Shown: in pieces, positions 14,688 through 19,329 of the stretch
How the letters are laid out: every line of letters begins with the position of its first letter
How positions within the stretch are numbered: position 1 is the stretch's first letter
DNA from: a virus
Lineage: Duplodnaviria; Heunggongvirae; Uroviricota; Caudoviricetes
DNA length: 19,329 nt
Direction: 5' to 3' (one strand)
Virus record (IMG/VR): IMGVR_UViG_2802429248_000011
Coordinates: 1-19,329 of that record
The notes under the pieces: model-generated
Told to the model about the DNA's origin: nothing
The model's input: only the letters and a program-made list of their open reading frames with translations
Database searches by the model: none
Translations under genes and position numbers: made by a program

Positions 14688-15185
14688 ATGTCATCGTATA
14701 TGGGGTTACCAACAAATCAGCACGATGCTCTTGAGAATATTCAGCTCTTAGTCGGGGCTGGTGCACTACTGTATAGCAGCAATAACCCTGAGTTAATTGA
14801 ACTTGCCAGCTCCATCCTGGCTGTAACTCAAAAATATAGCCTCACAGCGTCGCGTTTATGCAAACAAAATTTAGCTATTAATTCCCAGAATCGGATTAGC
14901 ACTCAACGCGAAGCCTGCGGCTTAACAACCGCCGAACTCGCCAGGCTGCTCGATCTCGATGAAGAAATTATCATCCAGTGGGAGAGCGGAGAGTATGAAC
15001 CAACCATCAGCATGCTTATCCCACTGGCAAATATTCTTGGCTGCGATCCGATGTGGCTGTTAACTGGCGAGGTTACTCCTCCGGAGCAACCAAAAAGTGA
15101 GGAGCAGCAACACCATGACGCATCTCAACAAGTTTGCTCCTTATCTCGCGAAGCTCTTCTACGGAAGAACCAATACCAATGGTGA
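14688..15185 (+). CDS. XRE-family HTH transcriptional regulator (165 aa; HTH in the C-terminal half), first gene after the pL-like promoter
   Basis: ...CGLTTAELARLLDLDEEIIIQWESGEYEPTISMLIPLANILGCDPMWLLTGE is HTH_3-like and resembles DicA-type repressors. The ATG at 14688 has AGAGGA at -8. The first ATG (14679) abuts the SD. Confidence 0.6.
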   Translation: MSSYMGLPTNQHDALENIQLLVGAGALLYSSNNPELIELASSILAVTQKYSLTASRLCKQNLAINSQNRISTQREACGLTTAELARLLDLDEEIIIQWESGEYEPTISMLIPLANILGCDPMWLLTGEVTPPEQPKSEEQQHHDASQQVCSLSREALLRKNQYQW

Positions 15186-15313
15186 CATAATCACCGCTTC
15201 GCCCCTCAAGGTACATGCGAACATTTTTATCAATCATTGCGGAAACAGTCTCAATATGAAAACACTTCTGAGACTCGCTATATAGCAGAACATATAAGTC
15301 AGCTGAGGAAGCC

Positions 15314-15679
15314 GTGAAAAAGTTCGAAAACATAACTGCTCTCCATGTTGATGACTTTGATTATACAAACCCGGAACTTCTCCCGGAGGTTGTAAAGGCA
15401 ATAGATGTTGCCGATATAGTGATTAGAGGAAAGAGAATCGTCAAAAACAGGCTCGCATGCACTTCAGGAGCAATGACAGAAACAACCTCACAACAAGATG
15501 ATTATGAAGGCATTTGTCTGGAGCCGGACTCATTTGCGGTAAATGTTTATCATTTATTGCATGCAACACAGGTATTACATATGTCAAGTAATCACGAAAC
15601 AAAAACACTTGGCAGCGAAATTCTGAATTTTGCATGTGAATATGCAAAAGCTGCTGCCGAAAAAGAATTAGCACAATAA
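15314..15679 (+). CDS. Hypothetical protein (121 aa), GTG start
   Basis: SD GAGGAAGCC-GTG is present. No family was recognised. Confidence 0.45.
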   Translation: MKKFENITALHVDDFDYTNPELLPEVVKAIDVADIVIRGKRIVKNRLACTSGAMTETTSQQDDYEGICLEPDSFAVNVYHLLHATQVLHMSSNHETKTLGSEILNFACEYAKAAAEKELAQ

Positions 15680-15875
15680 CAATAAATATTCCCTGAATGT
15701 TTATTACGGTTTTATCGCCGGGGATTGTTGCAACCTTTATTCGCAGGTGATTATGTTATGACTTTCCTGAAACATAAGGCATCGTATAAAACTGCCTGCC
15801 TCATTGTACAACATGGAGATTCTTATCTTCATATAGCCAACCTGTATTTGCGCAAAGCATATGGGAGATAAGTCA

Positions 15876-16064
15876 ATGGAAGAAAAACAACAAAACATAA
15901 CACATAAAAAAGTAAGAGTGTTGCTAACCATTGAAAATGGGAAGGTAATTCACTCAAAACATCTGTTGGATAATGAATTTGTTGGCTGCATGGATACATT
16001 TTTGTTGGTGGTAAAAAGAGCGGGTTACACTATTATTCCACCAGCAAAGGAGCAAACATTATGA
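15876..16064 (+). CDS. Hypothetical protein (62 aa)
   Basis: SD GGGAGATAAGTCA-ATG is present. ATGA overlap with the next gene. A possible promoter precedes it (TTGCAA 15728-15733, 17 bp, TTATGT 15751-15756). Confidence 0.5.
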   Translation: MEEKQQNITHKKVRVLLTIENGKVIHSKHLLDNEFVGCMDTFLLVVKRAGYTIIPPAKEQTL

Positions 16065-16642
16065 ATCATTCAGAGTTCCGACCAGAAGTTACGCCACACG
16101 GTATAAAAATTGGCAATACAACCATAGATTATGCCGAGGCCGTACAGCGACTTAATGATGGTGAATACGATAATCCAAATTCTCAAGGTTTAAGAATTAT
16201 GCAGTGTATTGCTGAAGCCGATGATGCCGGATTACTGGGACGATTTTCAGTCGATATGAAAGTTGCTCAATGGCGATGGCTGTATGTGACAACATTTATA
16301 AATGAAGAGGAAGACAAGAACGGCACCATTGATATCCCTAACGATAATGGAACTACAGATCGCGCAGTTATTTACAAGGGTAAACATGGTTGCCTGAGTA
16401 TCTACCCAGGGCCACTTCGCATTGCCCTGCAAAACCATGTCGAATGGAGATTCATTGAAAAATATGGCGAAGCTGAAGGCATGGGGCGAGTTCTGTTTCT
16501 CTATCAAAAAATGCTCATCGCAGATCCTGATAATGGCTTCATTGTCTCTGCTATGGGACGAGAAGGGCTTGAACTTCTTCTGGATGAAATGATTCACGAT
16601 CTGAATACTCATGGTATGCCAGAAACACCATTGGCACATTAA
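16061..16642 (+). CDS. Hypothetical protein (193 aa)
   Basis: SD AAGGAG lies 9 nt upstream. Translationally coupled to both neighbours. No motif was recognised. Confidence 0.6.
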   Translation: MNHSEFRPEVTPHGIKIGNTTIDYAEAVQRLNDGEYDNPNSQGLRIMQCIAEADDAGLLGRFSVDMKVAQWRWLYVTTFINEEEDKNGTIDIPNDNGTTDRAVIYKGKHGCLSIYPGPLRIALQNHVEWRFIEKYGEAEGMGRVLFLYQKMLIADPDNGFIVSAMGREGLELLLDEMIHDLNTHGMPETPLAH

Positions 16643-16644
16643 AC

Positions 16645-16926
16645 ATGTCAAATCAGAATAAAATTAATGTATTTCAGGTTGAATCAAAACATAAAACACC
16701 TGTGATAAAACACGTTCGCCGCCATACACTCATCTATACGCCAGAAGAGTTTATGGCAATTCCAATGATAAAGAAGTTTATTCGTGATAATCCCGATCAC
16801 ATTGCTATAGATAAACATAACGGAGAAATAATGTTATCACGCGAACTTGCCGAAATTTACTGTAACGTGAATAACGGTAAAAAATTGAAAAAGGCAATCC
16901 GAAAAAAATCAGGAGTAACAAAATGA
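16645..16926 (+). CDS. Hypothetical basic protein (93 aa)
   Basis: The start is 2 nt after the preceding stop. Lys-rich C-terminus. ATGA overlap with the next gene. Confidence 0.5.
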   Translation: MSNQNKINVFQVESKHKTPVIKHVRRHTLIYTPEEFMAIPMIKKFIRDNPDHIAIDKHNGEIMLSRELAEIYCNVNNGKKLKKAIRKKSGVTK

Positions 16927-17291
16927 ATAGCATCGAGACACAATGTTCCTCATCTGAAGTTATGAACTATGACCCGAATCTGACGTTGTACGGACGCATG
17001 GCAAAACAAACTGTTCTATTAACTTTCGGGCTATGGGAATACCGCGAAACATTCGAAGTTTCTGTCGGCGGCAATCTGACCGGACTGGATGTTATCAGTT
17101 GCGCCATTGAAAGCCTGTACGCAACGCTGCCTTATGAAGAAGTCGAGGATGAGCGCGATATCATAGCCACCATTAATATCGGCGGCATGGAATGCAAGGA
17201 TGAAAACCTGAACGGAGAACTCTGGCTTGCCGGGATGCTTATCTCGGCAGAAATCATCAGTATTGAACCCGCTACAAACATACGACTCTGA
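16923..17291 (+). CDS. Hypothetical protein (122 aa)
   Basis: SD AGGAG lies 7 nt upstream and the gene is coupled to its neighbours. Confidence 0.55.
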   Translation: MNSIETQCSSSEVMNYDPNLTLYGRMAKQTVLLTFGLWEYRETFEVSVGGNLTGLDVISCAIESLYATLPYEEVEDERDIIATINIGGMECKDENLNGELWLAGMLISAEIISIEPATNIRL

Positions 17292-17322
17292 AGTTCTCAC
17301 AACTCAGGGAGCAGGAGAAAAA

Positions 17323-17565
17323 ATGTTCGCTTTGATTAATCAGGGGCAACTGTATACCGATAGTGCTGGCTACCCGATAAAAATTATTCGCTGCATAAAC
17401 AACACTGTGTTGTACAGAAGAATGGATGGGCGAACACAGTCGGTAAAAATAAACGATTTTAATGAACTGTTTGAACGAATCGATCACCAGGAATACCGAC
17501 AAATTCTGGCAGAAACAGAGCAGGAAGCTCATCTGAAAAAATTACGGGTCATGAAAAGGAAGTAA
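17323..17565 (+). CDS. Hypothetical protein (80 aa)
   Basis: MFALINQGQLYTDSAGYPIKIIRCINNTVLYRRMDGRTQSVKINDF... has SD GGAGCAGGAG at -7. The ORF-track start (17227) overlaps the previous gene and has no RBS. Confidence 0.5.
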   Translation: MFALINQGQLYTDSAGYPIKIIRCINNTVLYRRMDGRTQSVKINDFNELFERIDHQEYRQILAETEQEAHLKKLRVMKRK

Positions 17566-17568
17566 AGA

Positions 17569-17715
17569 ATGAATAAAGCGTTTGAGCTATGGGTACGCCA
17601 GCGTTACGGCAATCGCTATGACCTGACGCGAGATGTTGACGGTTTCCACTGTCGTGAAATTGTGAAACGAATGTTTGAAGTGTGGTGTTACTGTCGTGGA
17701 CTGAATGTTGTGTGA
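17569..17715 (+). CDS. Small hypothetical protein (48 aa), below the ORF-track length cutoff
   Basis: atgaataaagcg...gttgtgtga translates to MNKAFELWVRQRYGNRYDLTRDVDGFHCREIVKRMFEVWCYCRGLNVV. SD AAGGAAG is at -8. It fills the gap between neighbouring genes exactly. Confidence 0.45.
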   Translation: MNKAFELWVRQRYGNRYDLTRDVDGFHCREIVKRMFEVWCYCRGLNVV

Positions 17716-17723
17716 GGTAATGC

Positions 17724-17960
17724 ATGGGCAATGTGATTCAACTGGCTCCCAATGAATGGGTTTGTGAAAGCGTTCTTATCGCAATTACCGGGCTCAAACC
17801 AGGCACAATTCTTCGGGCCCGGAAAGAATGCTGGATGGTTGGAAGAGAGTATATTCACGTATCACCAGACGGTAATCCAAAGCCTTCCAGCGAATGTATG
17901 TATAACAGAAAAGCAATAGATGCCTGGGTCGCTTCAATGAAAAACAAACAACCTGGGTGA
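17724..17960 (+). CDS. xis: Excisionase-like protein (DUF1233/Xis family of Rac/DLP12-type prophages)
   Basis: ...AITGLKPGTILRARKECWMVGREYIHVSPDGNPKPSSECMYNRKAIDAWV. It lies immediately upstream of int. SD GAGGT is present. Confidence 0.6.
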   Translation: MGNVIQLAPNEWVCESVLIAITGLKPGTILRARKECWMVGREYIHVSPDGNPKPSSECMYNRKAIDAWVASMKNKQPG

Positions 17961-18015
17961 TTTAATGCCATGAAATATGTAAGCTCGTATCGCTCTTGGG
18001 CGTCTGGAGGTATGA

Positions 18016-19329
18016 ATGGATAAAGTTAAATATCCAACAGGCGTCGAAAACCACGGTGGCACATTGCGCATCTGGTTTAATTTTAAAGGTAAACGTGTCA
18101 GGGAAAATCTTGGTGTCCCTGACACTGCCAAGAACAGGAAGATTGCCGGAGAACTGCGGACATCGGTATGTTTTGCCATCCGCACAGGAAGCTTTGATTA
18201 TGCTGCACAGTTCCCTGACTCCCCTAACCTTCAGGCTTTTGGGGTAAGTAAAAAAGAAATTACGGTGAAAGAACTTGAAGAAAAGTGGCTGGATCTGAAA
18301 CGAATGGAAATCTCTGCAAATGCATTCAATCGTTATGAATCCGTTGCAAGAACGATGGTCCCGAAAATTGGAGGTAGCAGACTGGTGTCAACGGTGACCA
18401 AAGAGGAATTGCTGTATATCAGGAAAGATTTGCTGACCGGATACCAAAATCCAACAAAAGGTAAGGCTCCGGTAAAAGGGCGAAGCGTTATCACAGTAAA
18501 TTATTACATGACGACAATCGCTGGAATGTTTCAGTTTGCTGCAGATCACGGTTACTTAGAAGCAAATCCCTTCCAGGGAATTAAGCCTCTTAAAAGAGCC
18601 AGGGCAGAGCCAGATCCGCTAACTCGTGACGAATTTATTCGCCTGATAGATGCTTGCCGACATCAGCAGACGAAAAACCTGTGGTCATTGGCTGTGTACA
18701 CAGGAATGCGTCACGGTGAACTGGTCTCCCTGGCCTGGGAAGATATCGATCTGAAAGCAGGAACTATTACTATCAGGCGCAATTATACGAAACTCGGTGA
18801 GTTCACTCTACCTAAAACTGAAGCAAGTACAAACAGGGTTGTGCATCTTATCCAGCCCGCTATCAGTGTCCTGAAAAATCAGGCTGAAATGACAAGACTG
18901 GGTAAGCAGCACAACATCAAGGTTCAACTACGTGAATATGGACGTTCAGTGAATCATGAATGTACTTTCGTGTTTAACCCCCAGGTGGTTAGAAAAAGCA
19001 AACAGGTCGGTTTTATCTACAAGGTAGATTCTATTGGCGACTCATGGGAAACAGCCATTAAGCGTGCGGGCATCAGGCACCGGAAAGCATACCAGTCACG
19101 ACACACTTATGCGTGCTGGTCATTATCTGCCGGAGCAAACCCAAGCTTCATTGCCAGCCAGATGGGCCATGCAAGTGCCCAGATGGTGTTCAATGTATAC
19201 GGAGCATGGATGACTGACAGTAATGCAGAACAGATCGCAATGCTGAATCAGAAGCTGGCAGATTATGTCCCAATGATGTCCCATGGTCACCAAAGTGACA
19301 CAAGAGACTTATTAAAATCAGTGGGTTAG
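18016..19329 (+). CDS. int: Tyrosine integrase, lambda-Int superfamily (Rac/P22-type N-terminal arm-binding domain)
   Basis: The N-terminus YPTGVENHGGTLRIWFNFKGKRVRENLG resembles the IntR/P22 Int N-terminus. The C-terminal catalytic motifs ...HELVSLAWEDI..., HRKAYQSRHTYACWS and VYGAWM (Tyr) are present. The stop codon is the last triplet of the window. Confidence 0.9.
   Translation: MDKVKYPTGVENHGGTLRIWFNFKGKRVRENLGVPDTAKNRKIAGELRTSVCFAIRTGSFDYAAQFPDSPNLQAFGVSKKEITVKELEEKWLDLKRMEISANAFNRYESVARTMVPKIGGSRLVSTVTKEELLYIRKDLLTGYQNPTKGKAPVKGRSVITVNYYMTTIAGMFQFAADHGYLEANPFQGIKPLKRARAEPDPLTRDEFIRLIDACRHQQTKNLWSLAVYTGMRHGELVSLAWEDIDLKAGTITIRRNYTKLGEFTLPKTEASTNRVVHLIQPAISVLKNQAEMTRLGKQHNIKVQLREYGRSVNHECTFVFNPQVVRKSKQVGFIYKVDSIGDSWETAIKRAGIRHRKAYQSRHTYACWSLSAGANPSFIASQMGHASAQMVFNVYGAWMTDSNAEQIAMLNQKLADYVPMMSHGHQSDTRDLLKSVG

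Noticed and set aside
15441-15931. ORFs 15441..15674 (-) and 15737..15931 (-)
   Set aside because: They are antisense to the coupled plus-strand accessory genes or span their promoter region. There is no RBS.
16247-18247. ORFs 16247..16651 (-), 17031..17300 (-), 17272..17532 (-), 17549..17731 (-), 17934..18185 (-) and 17996..18247 (+)
   Set aside because: They are antisense to, or out of frame with, the densely packed plus-strand operon and the xis/int genes.
1-19329. Search for tRNA genes, CRISPR repeats and IS elements, especially in the Q–S island where lambdoid phages often carry tRNAs
   Set aside because: No cloverleaf-compatible sequence with a GTTCGAATC-like T-arm was seen. There is no regularly spaced direct-repeat array and no terminal inverted repeats flanking a transposase.

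Overview
This window lies entirely inside an integrated lambdoid prophage of an Escherichia/Enterobacteriaceae host. It is a mosaic of Qin-like and phage-21-like modules, and no prophage end is visible. With lambda's 'rightward' direction corresponding to the minus strand here, the content from low to high coordinates is as follows. (1) The N-terminal part of a Nu1-type terminase small subunit (1-462, minus strand). (2) A complete lambda-type cos site: cosB with three R elements, then cosN, then cosQ, with near-identity to the lambda genome termini. (3) The phage right arm: a hypothetical ORF, a Rha-family gene broken at an A7 tract, and the lysis cassette Rz/Rz1, a SAR endolysin and a phage-21-type pinholin carrying the dual-start motif. 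(4) An AT-rich moron island of about 3.5 kb: a small zinc-ribbon protein, cspB-like and cspF-like cold-shock genes, a short DUF883-like membrane-anchored protein with its own promoter and terminator, and several tiny ORFs bracketed by intrinsic terminators. (5) A QuuQ-like Q antiterminator and a DUF968 YdfU-like protein. (6) A translationally coupled early-right operon with ATGA-type overlaps: a DnaB-like helicase, a DnaC-like loader, an O-like initiator with an ori iteron array inside the gene, three small unknown genes, a Rha-family regulator and a Cro-like protein. (7) The immunity region: divergent pR and pRM promoters, a CI repressor with an S24 peptidase domain, and a strong terminator. 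(8) A second sigma70 promoter flanked by operator-like palindromes that drives an HTH regulator and about eight tightly packed orphan genes, followed by an excisionase (DUF1233-like) and a Rac/P22-family tyrosine integrase that ends at the window edge. No tRNA, rRNA, CRISPR array or IS element was recognised. The most interesting unexplained signals are three. First, a perfect plus-strand intrinsic terminator sits antisense inside the early operon, implying an OOP-like sRNA, and the adjacent 'coding' stretch looks non-coding. Second, the orphan accessory cluster between cI and int replaces the usual recombination genes. Third, compact self-contained transcription units lie in the AT-rich island.
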